NCBI GenBank assembly: GCA_028534125.1
Contig: CM052818.1
Coordinates: 2,978,001-3,042,000 of the forward strand
Origin: Lama glama
Taxonomy: Eukaryota
DNA: 64,000 nucleotides
Direction of reading: 5' to 3'
The notes under the pieces are model-generated. The model did no database searches. It was given only the letters and a program-made list of their open reading frames with translations, and was not told the DNA's origin. This document shows, in pieces, positions 10,880-24,022 of the stretch (position 1 is the first letter of the stretch; each line of letters begins with the position of its first letter). The position numbers and the translations under genes are program-made.

Positions 10880-12480
10880 ACGCAACAACAGAAACAGATA
10901 AATAAAATATCTGGAAGTGACCTGAATGAGAAATATGCAGAAAGTGTATGAAAACCTATTAAAACTCTAGTCAAATATATATGTATTTTTAAATAGAGAA
11001 ACATATGTCCCTAATTTGAAAAAAATAATATTGTAAAGTTTTCATTTCTTCCCAATGTATAATAGATGTGATAGAATTCTAATCAAAATCCAGATGGGAG
11101 TGTTGAATAAAAGAAATTTACTACAATTTACACAGTAAAGATGGCAAAGAAAAATTCTTAGGTGGGAATAATGATGGAAGTAAAACTATAATAGAGCTTA
11201 AAATGCATTATAAAACTAATAAAACAGTGTAAGAATAGAATAATGCAACAGTGTTGCAATGCATGTATGTTGTATATCTATTAATTTAGCAATTTAATAA
11301 TTGGTAGTAAATGGTAAAGAAGTATAAAATGATAAAGATAAATAGGTAAAGAAATATAAAAATCTGCTGAGACACAAAAGATTATTCAATAAATGTAGTT
11401 AAAAACTGGCTTCTACTTAGAAAAGAAAATTATTTTGGATCTTTATCATATGTACCAAAAGCATAATAAATCAGATGGATCGAAAAATAAGATCCAAAAA
11501 AGTCAAATCATAGGGAAAAAATAAGAAAATAGAAGTGAGCATTTACCAAACCCTGTGGAGGGGCAGACTTTTCCAACTTGAAAGTGACTGCTGAAAATAT
11601 CACGGAGGAAAAGATGACTTTGCTATAGACAAAAACTTACTCTTCTATATGTAAAAATGAAAAGGCAAAGAACAGAAATATAATTGTTGCAGATCTGACA
11701 AAAGGATAACGTCTTTCTCACATAAGGAATTCCTATAAATTAAAATGTGTGAAGACTGGGAGGGACGAATGGGCAACGACCAAGACCATTTGATTAATAA
11801 AAGCAATGACCCTTAATAAACAAACATATGGGGAAACGTCAACATTACTGATAATCAAAGAAGTACACGTGAAAACAAGATTTTATCTTTTCCCTACGAA
11901 ATTAGCAGAGATTTAAGAAAATAATAAAGTCCAGTGCTGGTGATTATGTGCTGAAAATGGCCTTTCTCATACATCCACAGTTGGACTATAAATGGGTAAG
12001 TTTCTTTTGGAAATCAATTGGTTATCTATATCAAAAGCATTAAATATGATTTTTTGATCTCATAACTCCACACAGTCAAGTTAGTTCCCAAAGGTTTAAA
12101 AAACCTTCAGAAAGTTTTTCACCATATTGTTATTTTTAAATTGACTAAAAATCAAGACTAGCCTCAATGTCCAATAACTGTATGTCTAAGTAAATTGTGC
12201 TTTATCACTCAATGGCTTATAATGCAAACATTCAAAATAATATTTATAAGGACTATTTAATGACATGACATTTAGGGTTTAATGTAAAAGAAAAATTAAC
12301 ATGTAAAATTACATGCACAGAATGCCAATTATGAAAAAACAAGTAAATTCTATAATTTAAAGAAAAGCAAACCAAGTAATAATGATGTCTAGACTCTAGT
12401 ATAGACGTTATAATTTTTGCTATCATTTTCTATATTTCATTAACAACTAGAATGGAAAAACAAATACTTAAAACTATACC
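10880..12480 (+). mobile_element. Old L1 (L1ME/L1MC-like), decayed ORF2 3' part and 3'UTR
   Basis: Very A-rich, with L1-like motifs (ttattcaataaatg, ataatcaaagaag, cagtgctggtga, aaatgtccaata) and no open frame. Confidence 0.7.
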
Positions 12481-12574
12481 TGTTACTTGAAGGACCATGA
12501 TTAAAAATTGGTGTAATTTTTTTTAATTCTACATTAATGCCTATGCACATGTTTTCATGACCAAGTACACGAGC

Positions 12575-12780
12575 TGTGGTGAAGCCCTGGCACCACCACT
12601 GTGGGCTTTGGGCAGGTTACTTAACTTCTCTGGACCTCAGTTTGCTCATTATTGAAATGAAGGTATTCGTTGTCCCTAACTCAGGGAGGTTTGGGGAGGC
12701 TTAAATAAGTTAATGTGTAAAATCTCCTAACCCAAAGACTGGAATATGGCAAATGCTCAATAAATGGCTATTGTATTAAT
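12575..12780 (+). mobile_element. MIR SINE
   Basis: ctttgggcaggttacttaacttctctggacctcagtttgctcat...aaatgctcaataaatggc. Confidence 0.8.
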
Positions 12781-13860
12781 TATCATTAGCACTACAAACA
12801 AGCTGCATTGCACATCAGTTTGTTTTGTTAGTTTCACCCCCATTGATCCCTGGGAATCATGTTACAAACACACAAAGCAAGATCTCATTCAACACAGGTG
12901 TGTTGTGAATGATCTTTGGAGCCCGTTCCCACTACCATGTCAAGTGTCTGTTAAGGGAACACAGTAGACACGAGGGGAGCCAAGTGTTCTCAGGGGAGCT
13001 GGGCCAGCCAGGTTTCATCATGCCAGCCGCCTGGGAAATGCATTCAGACCTGTGCCCAGAGACTCAGCTGTCATTGCTCAAGGCACAGGAACACACCCTC
13101 GGGGAGACACACGTAGTCACAAAGCAGGTATAGTGTGTCTGCCAGGGCCCCCCACCCCTAAACCAGAGGGCAGCGAGAGGTGACAGACACAAAGATGAGA
13201 CTCAGAGGCCAGGTGACAGCCTCATCCCTAGGGACTCCTGCAGGCTCTCCTCACTCATACCCCCTCCAGCCGGCCCCAGGGCCACCTGCCCCAGAGGGGA
13301 TGACTGAAGGGCCTCACATGCTGACTTACCTAACTTGAGAACTGGTGTTCAGCAAGTACTTTGAGTTGTCTGGGCATGGCTTTGCCTATATCCTTTCTTC
13401 CACTCCGAGCCTGGCGATCTGAGAGTAACATTGGCAGGAGGCGAATGTAGGTAACTTCCTACCCACTCCCAGAGCCCCTACGGAGCCCAGGAGCACACAT
13501 GACTTACACCCACGAAGTTCATTTGATTAAACTTTCATAAAAGGCACTTAAGACCCACTGAAAGATCACCAATGCCTCGCTGCTTAGCCTTGGCCCTCTC
13601 CCTAGACTTCTGGGAGAGGACCAGATTTCTCTGTCTGCCGGATTTTATCTTTTCCTAACACCCCCCACCTCATCCCTAAGCATAGGATGCAGGCATCCTA
13701 CCACAGAAGCATGTCAAATGACATGTGTAGCCAACACAGCAACCAGCCAAGATTCAGGAAGGAGTTTTATTCTGACAGAATTAGAACATTTGGGGGTATG
13801 TAAGACATGGATGGCCCTGGCAGTGGACTTAGTGATTGTCATTCAAAAGTAAGCTTGCCG

Positions 13861-13999
13861 GAAGGGAGGGTATAGCCCCAGTGGTAGAGCTTAGCATACG
13901 CAAGGTCCTGGGTTCAATCCCCAGTACTTTCCCCCAAAATAAATAGATAAGTAACCCTAACTACCTCCTCCCCTCAAGAAATAAAATAATTTTTTTTTA
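13861..13999 (+). mobile_element. vic-1-like SINE with target-site duplication (TSD)
   Basis: A/B boxes and tail; TSD aaaagtaag[c/t]ttgc at 13845-13858 and 14000-14013. Confidence 0.9.
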
Positions 14000-15339
14000 A
14001 AAAGTAAGTTTGCAGAGAGCCTTTAATGATGAGGGGAAAGCTTACAATCTAAAGTCAGGAGAGAAGACTGTAAGAGAAAAAAGAAGATTGTAAGAGAAAA
14101 GATTAAAAATGAGTAGGTTTTTTTTAATTTACATGTATGTACTGTTCATTGTTTCTAAGAACAGTTTAGAGCTTTAGCTTTTTAAACTTACACAGTTATC
14201 AAAGGAATAAAGCCAACCACAAAATAAGAATCAACAGAATGCAGAAATCCAAACATAAAGGACGTATACATAAATTTTAAAAATATGTGCAGTATAGTGT
14301 ATATATGTATTTACACGCAATACATTGTATATGTGCAGTCAAATTGTAACAATTCTATCTAATAAAATTTTTTAAAAATGTAAAACAACAAGAATGGGTT
14401 TTTGTACAGCAGGATTGTGAGTGGTTTTCATTTTCTTCTTGAGGCCTTTCTGTATTTTCTGTAGTGTGTTTTGAATCTCATTTGTGTGTTTGCCACCTAG
14501 ACAAGAATTCAGCATCTGTCCCTTAAAAGCCCAAGCTCCTGTCTTCATCTCCCTGCATCTTCCGCCACCCACCCCGCACGTCTGATCCCAAATGCCTCTG
14601 TCTCTAGGGTCTGCCTCCAGATGTGTGTCCCCAGAATGCACATGCTCTGCGCACAGAGGGGTGTATCCCACACACACACACATTTTTAAAATCAGATTTC
14701 AGGCCTCTCCTGGGAGATGAGGAGACTTTTCATCCTGCTCCAGGACTCCCATGTAGCAGGGGTCACTTACTGTGGTTCACAGCCATCGCCTCCAGACAGG
14801 CCCTCCTCCCAGGACACCCCACTCCCCACCACAGCCTATGTCTTCCCAGCCTGGAGTCTGATTATTAGGTGGTTTATTTCGCAGTAGAACAGCTTTTCTC
14901 TTTCCATCCCCACAGGAACAATGGAAGGTAAACCCAGAGTTCCATCCGCATCAAGAAAAATTAGACAGCATCCTTCTTCATGAAATAAAGGCTATTCCTA
15001 CGCGTTAAATAACCTAGCACAGGCCTGCTCATTCCTGTCATCACTTGCCTGCCCTCTGGCCTAGATGGTGGCCCAGATGTTCTTCCAGCCTGGGATGCTC
15101 ATGATTTCTGGGCATGCTGGGTACTGCCTGGCATAAGATGAGAGTGGATGAGAGGCTCTGTGATCCGTGTTCTAGCTCCTGATCACCCACTTCTCCATCA
15201 GGCCAGACTGCAGAGTTGGTAATTAATAATGCAGCCTGCAGTCTGCCAGCTTGACCTCGGGGAAATCAGAAAAATGAACAGTGCCCACTGTGGCCCCAAA
15301 AGTGCAAGCCAGGGAACAGTTACCCCACTGGGCTGCACT

Positions 15340-16900
15340 CCACCTGCATGATGCTCTGGGCTGCAAGTAACTGAAGACCCAACTTAAAGCAACTTAAATA
15401 TGTTTCTTATGGGAGTTTAGAGGTGGGTAGTTTCCAGAGTTGGCTAATTCACAGGCTTGTGACCTTAAAGAACCCAAATGCCAAACAACAAATGTTGGTG
15501 AAGATGTGGAGGAAAGGGAATCCTAGTGTACTGTTGGTGGGCATGTAAACTGATGCAGTCACTGTGGAAAACAGTATGGAATTTCTCAAAAAACTAAACG
15601 TAGAACTACTATATGACCCAGCAATTCAACTCCTGGGTATACATCCAAAGAAACCAAAAACACTAATATGAAAAGGCACATACATTCCAGTGTTCATAGT
15701 ACAACATTATATACAATTGCCAAGATACGCAAGTAGTCTAAGTGTCCATCAACAGATGAATGGATAAAGAAGATGTGAGATATATAATATATAATATATA
15801 CATAATGGACAACTACTCAGCCATAAAAAAGAATGAAATTTTGCCATAAAGGCAGTATGCAAAGTGAAATAAGTCAGACAGAGAAAGACGAATATTGTAG
15901 GATATCACTTATATGTAGTATCTAAAAAATACAACAGATTAATGAATATAACAAATAAGAAGCACGAATATAGAGAATAAACTCGTGGTTACCAGTAGGG
16001 AGAGGGGAGGCATGAGGGGCAATACAGAAGTAGGGGATTAAGAGGTATAAGCTACTATGTATAAAATAAGGGTATATTGTACAACACAGGGAAAATAGCT
16101 AATATTTTATAATAACTACAAATGGAGTATAATCTTTAAAATTGTGAATCACTGTATTGTACACCTGTAACTTTTATCATATTGTACATCAACTCAATAA
16201 AACAAAGAAATAAGTCACAAAAGACCATATAATGTATGATTCCATTTGTGTGAAATGTCCAGAATAGGCAGATTTATAGTAGCAAAGAGTAAATGAGAGT
16301 TTGCTGGGACTGCTGGGCTGGGAGGTTGGAGGGAGGAATGAAGGATGGGTATGGGGTTCTTTAGGGGGTGATAAAAATGTTCTAAAATTGATTGTGGTGA
16401 TAGTTAACATACTAAAAATCATTGAATTGCACATTTCAAATGAGTAAATTCTATATGTGAATTACATCTCAATAAAACTAATTTTTTTTAAGTAGAAAGA
16501 AAAAGGACCCAAATGCTCTCCATTTTTCTGAGCTGCCAACCTCAGCATGTTGGCAATCTCTCTCCTCACAGCTGCAATTAGCAGTTTCAGGAATCTCATG
16601 CATGCACGGCAACATCTGTGAAGAAGAGGAGCTGTGTCTTTTCACGAGAGAGGAAAACCTTTACCAGAAGCCTTCCCCTAGGTCCTGTTGGCCTAAACTA
16701 GTCACGAAAGGGGAACCACCATGATTTATCTGAACCAATCAGGATTCCCCATCTGCAGCTTCAGTCAGAAGCAGCTTCCCTGAGCATTTGAGAATGTGAA
16801 CAAGTAGCACCGCTGCAGCAAGAAAGAATAGGGAAGGACGGCTGGATGGATACTCATGGCATCTTCTACCCTGCGCACACGTCATGACCCTCCTCAAGTC
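15340..16900 (-). mobile_element. Old MLT1 (MaLR LTR) split by an L1 insertion
   Basis: ggctgcaagtaactgaagacccaacttaaagc... continues after 16516 as ctctccatttttctgagctgcc... Confidence 0.55.
15482..16501 (+). mobile_element. 5'-truncated L1 (ORF2 end + 3'UTR) followed by an older-type L1 3' fragment, within one TSD pair
   Basis: L1 3' end 15482-~16210, second L1MB-like 3' end ~16212-16480; TSD aaag[a/g]acccaaatgc at 15467-15481 and 16502-16516. Confidence 0.85.
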
Positions 16901-17059
16901 CATCTGCCTCTGAAACCCCACCGCAGAAAGCCCTCCGACTCCTTTGAACCAGGAGGGCTGATTGCCTGGACTTCTTCTTTGTAATGAGTAACTCATACTC
17001 TTGTGGCCTTTCTTGAATGTGTTTGGCACAAAGACAAGTGAATTCTCACAGAAAGGCCG

Positions 17060-17097
17060 ATGAATGAATGTGTAAATGAATGAATGAATGAATGAAT
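17060..17097. repeat. (TGAA)n microsatellite, probably an L2 tail
   Basis: tgaatgaatg...tgaatgaatgaatgaatgaat. Confidence 0.8.
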
Positions 17098-18254
17098 GGT
17101 TATATAATTAAATAGACTGGAGAGGAATGTGACTAGAGAAAGACAGCAGATCAGTGCCTTCATTCAGGAAAGTCTTAAGACTACACCAGGGATAATAAGG
17201 ATGCAAAAATAGATCATATCTTAGATACATTTGATAAGATCCTGTCATCGGTGGAACGTGGGGTCAGGAGGTTTTGGGAGGAGTTGACGATGCCTCTGGT
17301 TTCTAGCTTGCACTCTGTAATTCTGTTCATAGGGGAGGGGAGTCAGGGGCTCCCGGAGACTTGACTGTACTTTCCTCTTACTACATTGCTCACTAATGTT
17401 TTGGGTACAGAGGGATACCTTCTGGGGAACAGGAAAAAGAGCCCAGTAACAAGATTGGAGTCAGAATTGTTGGTCACAGCGGAGCAGAAGCAGAGAGAGA
17501 GCACAGGCGAAGGCTGACATCTGGGTTGAACCCAATCACTGGAAACTCCCTGAATGCAAAACACTTGCTCAGGTTCAGTGGAAAGAGGGGACCTCTTTGC
17601 TGAGAGCTGGGCTGCTGTCATATTAACTCTGGTGCCAGAGTCAACATCCAGGCAGAGGACACAACTCTGTAAATGAGCCACATCTGCACTGAAGGCACAC
17701 GCTGCTGGGGAGGAGCAAAGGACAGTCCCAAACACTATGGCAGAAGGTGGGTTGGGAAGAGTCCCAAACTTTTAATTACATGAAATCAGATTGACCAGAC
17801 CACTGTACATTAACTTTCTCTAACCTAAAAAAGAAGGAACACAGAGCTACTTGGAAGACAACACTCCATGATTTGAAGTGTAGGAGGAACTGCACCAAAA
17901 TTATCTCCCATTGAGCTGAAATGTCTCTAAGAACAGAACTGGAGACTAGAACTGGCACTTACCATCAGAAAGCGCTTCCTTGTGCTGAATAAAGCCCGCC
18001 TGTGGGAACTGAAGCTGGTTCCTGGCAGCAGGACTACCTATCAGCTCACCAGTCCGAAATCTAAGACTTTTCTCCTTCCAACTGCCCTTTCATTTTTTTC
18101 TATTCTCTGGTCTGAACAATCTTTATTCATGTCACTTTTCTAAACTCACTCTTTCAATCATTTTTGCTCATTTCTGCGGTTTGTTTCCTGGTCCTCTTCT
18201 GTGGCATCTCCAAATGGCTTCAGCAGGGTATCAGGAGTCCAAGCCATGCTCCCC

Positions 18255-18770
18255 TAAAAACAGGCAAAGGATATAAGCAGGCATATTTTGCAGAAGAAAT
18301 GCAATTGACCAATAACATATGCTGTTTCACTAAGAAGACATGCAAATCGAAATAACAATAGAGCATTTTTTACCTATTAGAGAAGCAAAGATAAAATGGT
18401 TATTAACATGCAGTATTGATGAGGGATTTTTCAAATTCTATTGGTGAGAATATAACTTGGAACAAACTTTATGAGGCTAGGGCTTAATTTGACGGTTGTA
18501 CGTAATTTTAAGACACAATCACTGTCACCCAACGATTCCACTTTTGTAGATGTATCCTTCAGAAGTGTCAGCACAAGTGTGTAAAGATAGATGTAAACAG
18601 CAGTCGTATTGTTCGTAGTAGAAAAAAACGGAAACAAACATTCAATAATAGACTGGTTAAATAAATAATGGGACAGATGTACCATGGAATTCTATGCAGC
18701 CATTAAAAAGAATGACGCAAATCCTAATCTACAGAGTTGGAATGGTGGTTTATTTTGTTACGTGAAAACA
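18255..18770 (+). mobile_element. Old L1 3' fragment (L1ME/L1MC-like)
   Basis: atgcaaatcgaaataacaat...catggaattctatgcagccattaaaaagaatga. Confidence 0.7.
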
Positions 18771-18777
18771 GGCAAGC

Positions 18778-18919
18778 GGGGAGGGTAGAGCTCAGCAGAA
18801 GAGGGCATGCTTAGCAGGCACAAGGTCCTGGGTTCAATCCCCAGTACCTCCATTAAAAAAAAAATTAAACAAATAGACCTAATTACCGCCTCTAAAAAAA
18901 AATAAAAATAAATTTTAAA
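18778..18919 (+). mobile_element. vic-1-like SINE with TSD
   Basis: TSD aaaacag[g/a]caa; gacctaattacc tail. Confidence 0.9.
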
Positions 18920-19142
18920 AAAACAGACAAATTTTAAAGCTCTCAATAAAGCATAGGTCCATTTTTATAATCTGTATGGACATACATACAGAGCTATAGA
19001 AATACACACCTGTGTATACACAAAAAAAAAAGAACACCATAAAATAGCTGTTTTGAAATTTTTACCTTCGTGTATTAGGGATATTTTCAATGGAGAGAGA
19101 TTTCTAGGTTAACTACATGTTTCGTCTTGTTTTACCAGCCCG

Positions 19143-19232
19143 TTTTCTTTTTAAATAGCGGTACTGAGGATTGAACCCAGGACCTCTCACATGCTTAGCA
19201 TGCGCTCTACCACTGAGCTATTTCCCTCCCCC
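19143..19232 (-). mobile_element. vic-1-like SINE
   Basis: gattgaacccaggacctctcacatgcttagcatgcgctctaccactgagcta. Confidence 0.9.
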
Positions 19233-19238
19233 TGAAAA

Positions 19239-19426
19239 TAGTGGTTCTTAAAGTGAGGTCCACATACCAGCAGCCTCAGCACCACTAGGGAATTTATTTA
19301 AAATGCAGATTCTCAGGCTCCACCCCAGACCAGGTGAATCAGAATCTCTTAGCATTCGGCCCAGCAATTTGGTTTACAAGCCCCTCCAGGTTAACTCTGA
19401 TGTTCACTAAAATGTGAGAAGCACTG
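19239..19426. mobile_element. MER5A hAT-Charlie MITE
   Basis: agtggttcttaaag...aaatgcagattctcaggctccaccccagacc...tgagaagcactg. Confidence 0.8.
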
Positions 19427-19875
19427 TTCTAGAAAGAGCATTTATCCAGAGGTGGAGAAAGAAGAGATGTAGCTTAGGGGGAAATTTCTACTTGCTTATT
19501 CATTTCTGTACCGCTGAGAAATTTTCATCAGTTCATGAGGAATGCTTCTCAAAGTGATGGACACATCTGATCAGGCTGCGCTAACTTATCAGTTGAATCG
19601 ACTTCTACGCTCTACTTGAAGAAAATCCAAAGTGTGAAAATTCAGATGCCAGTAATGCAGGAAAATACCTGCATTACTGAATGGTTTCCGACATCACCAG
19701 AGTAAAGTGAAATAAACACAAACATCAGGAACTGAACTTGGCTCTGCTGTGTGAGCTGAGGAAAGGGAACTCAGTCTCTGAGCCTTGTGACTGAGGAGGA
19801 CAACAGTCACCTTGTCTCCTGGCACACAGGAAGCTCCCTACTGATTGTCATGGTACTAATGTACCAAGGTTTCTT

Positions 19876-20106
19876 TCTTTCTTTTTTTTTTTTTAATTGA
19901 AGTACAGTCAGTTACAATGTGTCTGTTTCTGGTGTACAGCACAATGTCCCAGTCATGCATATACATACATATATTCATTTTCATATTCTTTCTCATTAAA
20001 AGTTATTACAAGATATTGAATATAGTTCCCTGTGCTATACAGAAGAAATTGGGGTTTTTTTTTAAATCTATTTGTATATATAGTGGCTAACATTTGGGAA
20101 TCTCAA
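19876..20106 (-). mobile_element. Young L1 3' end with perfect TSD
   Basis: 13-bp TSD accaaggtttctt at 19863-19875 and 20107-20119; poly(T) head. Confidence 0.9.
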
Positions 20107-21254
20107 ACCAAGGTTTCTTAAACATTGAAATGCCCTCACCAACTTGATCAACTCACTCAGTTTGACAGAAACACCATCATTACATAAAATCGTTCCAGAA
20201 TCGATCCTCCCAGTAGGAAGGGCTCTGCCAAAGAGCCTTGAAACAGACCTGCCCAGCTCAGTTTTACTACTGAAACGCGTGAAACTTTGATGAGCCGGGG
20301 AATGCGTGCAAATGATTTCTCTGCACCATTCCCAAGCCCTCCCGCCCATCCGCCCCAAGCCTGCTTTGGGTGGTGTGTCTCTTTTATGGTCTATGAAAGG
20401 CCTTCTTCTTGTCTCTCTCACCTCCCTGTCTTCAGACAACAAAGCCGGCTTTTCTGTTTGCACAAAGTGCCTGTTGCTCTCTTGAGCCATGAGAAAATGT
20501 GGCGCAGGAGAACAATAACGTGCTGCTTCTTTCTGCTCCAATAAAAAGAGTTATGAAACAGAAGCCTGGGGCCAGAGCAGGCTCACTGGCGTGTGTTTTG
20601 ACAAAGAAATCATTTCTGTAAGCACAGTCCCCGGGCAGATGGCAGTAAGCTAGTCTGTGCGGCACACATCATGTCATCAGGAGGCTCCGCTTCTGTCGAG
20701 GGGACCCCGGTCTCTGGACCCAGCCAGGTGCCAGAGTAGCAGGAGGGACCCTGGCCTTCCGTTCAGAAGCCCCTCTCTGCCCCCCAGGGAGGAGGGGTGC
20801 AGGGAGCTGCCCACAGCTGCATGGGATTGGAGGACCCCTAGGCTGGCCCCGGCTCCCAGCCCTGTCCCTCCAGCCCTTCAAGGGTCTCCACCTGGCAACA
20901 GCGACACTGTTGAGTCAAGTACAGGTGGATTCTCTGTTTTCCCCACTGAGAAACTGACTTGATAGGTCTGAGGAGGGGTCCAGGAATCAGCCTTTTTGGG
21001 GGTTTGTTTTTAACATCTCTGGGTGTTTCTTATGGGCAGCCAAGTTTAAGAACCTGCTTTAGAGCCATCTAAAATGATTCCCCGTCTATGAAACCCTGAC
21101 TCTCCCAGGCAGGACTGGTCTCCCCATGCACCTTGGCCTTCTCCTGGTTCTTCACGCAGGCCCTCTAAGGGAGCCCACACCAGTGTGGGACCGATGACTC
21201 CCTGGGCACACCTCTCCCATGCCCCAAAGGTGAGTAGAGGTCTGGTCAACCAGG

Positions 21255-21440
21255 TCCAACTCAGCTTTGCCACTTACCAGCCCATGTCCCTGGGAAACTG
21301 ACTTAAGTGTTTGAATCTGTCTTTTTCAGCTGTGAAATGAAAATCACAGTTACTGCATAGAGTAGCTGGGTTGCAAGGAACCAGGTATGGAAAAGCAATG
21401 GGCACTTACTTGGAAAGCATCACATAAAGCTAACACTGTT
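21255..21440 (+). mobile_element. MIR SINE
   Basis: ctttgccacttaccagc...gacttaagtg...gctgtgaaatgaaaat. Confidence 0.6.
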
Positions 21441-21829
21441 ATTCACAGGCCTTGGTTCAGAACCCTCTTCCCAGGTGGTGGTCCTCAGACTGGCTCCTGG
21501 CCTTTTAGAGACTCCACAATGAACAGCATCCTTAGTCCGTGTCTAACCATTCTCCTGTGTGTGTGGAGGGGAGAGGGGTGTCCTCTCTGGATGTTCCCCA
21601 GATCCCTGAGGCCCCTCAGCAATGTGTATACCGTTCCCAGCTTCCTTCCCCAGCACCACTATGGGGCCTGAGGTTCAGGGACACAACAAAGCGCATCATT
21701 CAAGTCTGCAAACCACTGACTAAGTCCTTCCTCCGACCTTGCTCTTCTCTCCTCCCCTCCTCTCCTTTCCATCCTCTTCCCTCCGCTCTGGTTCCCACAC
21801 CTTTCCCCTCCTCTGCCAGAAACGGCACT

Positions 21830-21990
21830 GGACTGAGGGCAGGTGTCCTTGTTCTAGCCCTGGCTCTGCAGCCAACCCGTGGTGGAACCTCAGGTCCGTT
21901 ATTTCAGGGCTCTGGACCTCACTGTCCCCACCTGTAAAATGAAGAAGACCAAGTGGACATTGGTCTGTATTTCCTCTAACCTCTGATCTC
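21830..21990 (+). mobile_element. MIR SINE fragment
   Basis: ggcactggactg...ctctggacctcactgtccccacctgtaaaatgaag. Confidence 0.65.
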
Positions 21991-22199
21991 TCTCTTCTCC
22001 ATTACAGACATCTATAACAGCCTTTGGTTTTAAAATCTAAGTAAGATTTGACCATACCTACCTACTCAGGGCAGAAATGGGGAAACCATGCCAAGACATC
22101 CGTATCTTCCTTGTAAGTGATTTTTTATAATGGGGGGGTAATAGCTTGAAGAAATTTCAGAATCAGAGCCCCCAATGTTGGGATGAGCTGGAGATGAAG

Positions 22200-23560
22200 C
22201 TTTTTAATATTTCCAGCTATAATTGTGGACTTGCGTGTTCCTTCTTTCCATTCTATCAACATTTGCTTTATGTACTTCGAAGCTCTTTTATTAAGTGTAT
22301 ATATACTTAGAATTGTTATGTCTCCTTAATGAATTGGCCCCAATATCACGATATACTACCCCTCTTTACAACCAGTAATAGTCCTTGTTCCAAAGTCTAC
22401 TTTTTCAATATTCACATAGCCAACCTACCTTTTTAAAAAATTTCCTGTTTACATGGTATATCTCTTTCTATCTTTTTATTTTTAATCTATATCTTTATAT
22501 TTAAAGTAGGTTTTTTGTAGATGATATAATCAGGCCTAGTTTTCTTTCCCAATCTGACAATCTCTGCCTTTTATTTGTAGTATTTAGATTTCTGCGTTTA
22601 ATACAACTATAAATATGGTTGGATTTACATCTATCATGTGATAATTTCTCCCATCATCTCTTTGGCTTTTTTTTCTCTCTTTTCCTGCCTTCTTTTGAAT
22701 TAATGAGAATTTTTTTATATAATTCAATTTTAGCTCTACTACTGGGTTAATAGTTACACCTCTTTGTTTTGCTTTTTAATGATTACTCTATGGTTTACCA
22801 TATACAATTTACCCTCAAATATTACTATACCACTTCATGTATGATAGTAGAGGCTTACGACAGCAGACTTTCATTCCTCCTGCTCAGCCTTCATGCTTTT
22901 GCCTAATATTTCCCTTCTACATGTGTTATAAACCCCCAAGCAGCTTTCCTTTCCCTCCCCTGGCAGCAGGCATCTTTTAGTTCTACCTCTAGCGCAGGGC
23001 AGCAGCTTTTTGCCTATGACCAGGGGATGGCTGTTTCCTTCTGCTCACTCCAGAAGCACGTGGCTTTTGCTTCATATGACAGAAGAGCAAGTGGCCCTAC
23101 GCCCATGCAACACAGAGGCGAGGGCTCTCTCAGGTCTGCTATCCACGCCCAGCCTACTTCAGGAGCACTGTGTGGAAGTTCAGACAAAACAGCTGGCAAG
23201 GAATTGCGGGCTCCCCTCGGGTCTGGGGTTTCTAGGGATTCTAACTGTCATACTAGGACCACAGTTGGCACTTAAGAATTCATTAAAATATCAGCTGTTT
23301 TCTTCTCACCTGTCTATTATCTGACAACTTCTTCTTTCCCCCGTACCCTAGCAAAGGTGAAGTAGCACATCGGTCCTGTCTCTCCTCAGAAGAACCTCTC
23401 ATCCCTTGGAATTTAGTTGACTTGGTTGATTTGAGACCTCAGCTCTCTAATGGGTGCAAAAATATTTAATGACTTCTTAAACCCTTTATCCAGCATTTTC
23501 TCATTACTAGTGTGTGCACAACAAGTTCTTGTGGCTTTTACATTCTAAAAAGAAGCGAAA
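22200..23560 (-). mobile_element. Old L1 (L1M), antisense fragments
   Basis: T-rich, with antisense L1 motifs (ttgctttatgtacttcgaagctct, tttaaagtagg, caatctgacaatctctgcctttt). Confidence 0.65.
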
Positions 23561-23847
23561 TTTTTATGTTACTTCTTTACTGAAATAGAACTTAGGAATT
23601 ATCATAAAGTGAAACATGTTAGACACAACTTTACTTCTATCCAAATGTTCTACTTCTGTCTCACACTGAGAAATCTAATATTTAGTTCTGGCTTCAAATC
23701 TTAAGCAATGTTTTTTAAACATCATTCAATAATTTTCAGTATTCTTTTTCTGACAGATGAATGCATCTTAGTTTTGGGTTTTTTTTGCTGTATTGTTTTC
23801 TGTGTGTTTCAGCCAGGAAATCAGAAAGCATTTGCAATAGTGTATGG

Positions 23848-24022
23848 GTTTTTTTTTTACATGCTTTTTTACTGACGTACAGTCAGTTTACAATGTTGTG
23901 TCAGTTTCTGGTGTACAGCACTATGTCCCAGTCACACATATACATACATATATTCAACTTCATATTCTTTTTTCATTAGGTTACTACAAGATATTGACTA
24001 TAGTTCCCTGTGCTATACAGTC
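23848..24022 (-). mobile_element. Young L1 3' end with TSD
   Basis: TSD caatagtgtatgg at 23835-23847 and 24023-24035. Confidence 0.9.

Noticed and set aside
14062..14100. 19-bp near-perfect tandem duplication agaaga[c/t]tgtaagagaaaa
   Set aside because: Ordinary slippage in A-rich sequence; only two copies, with no spacer array structure.
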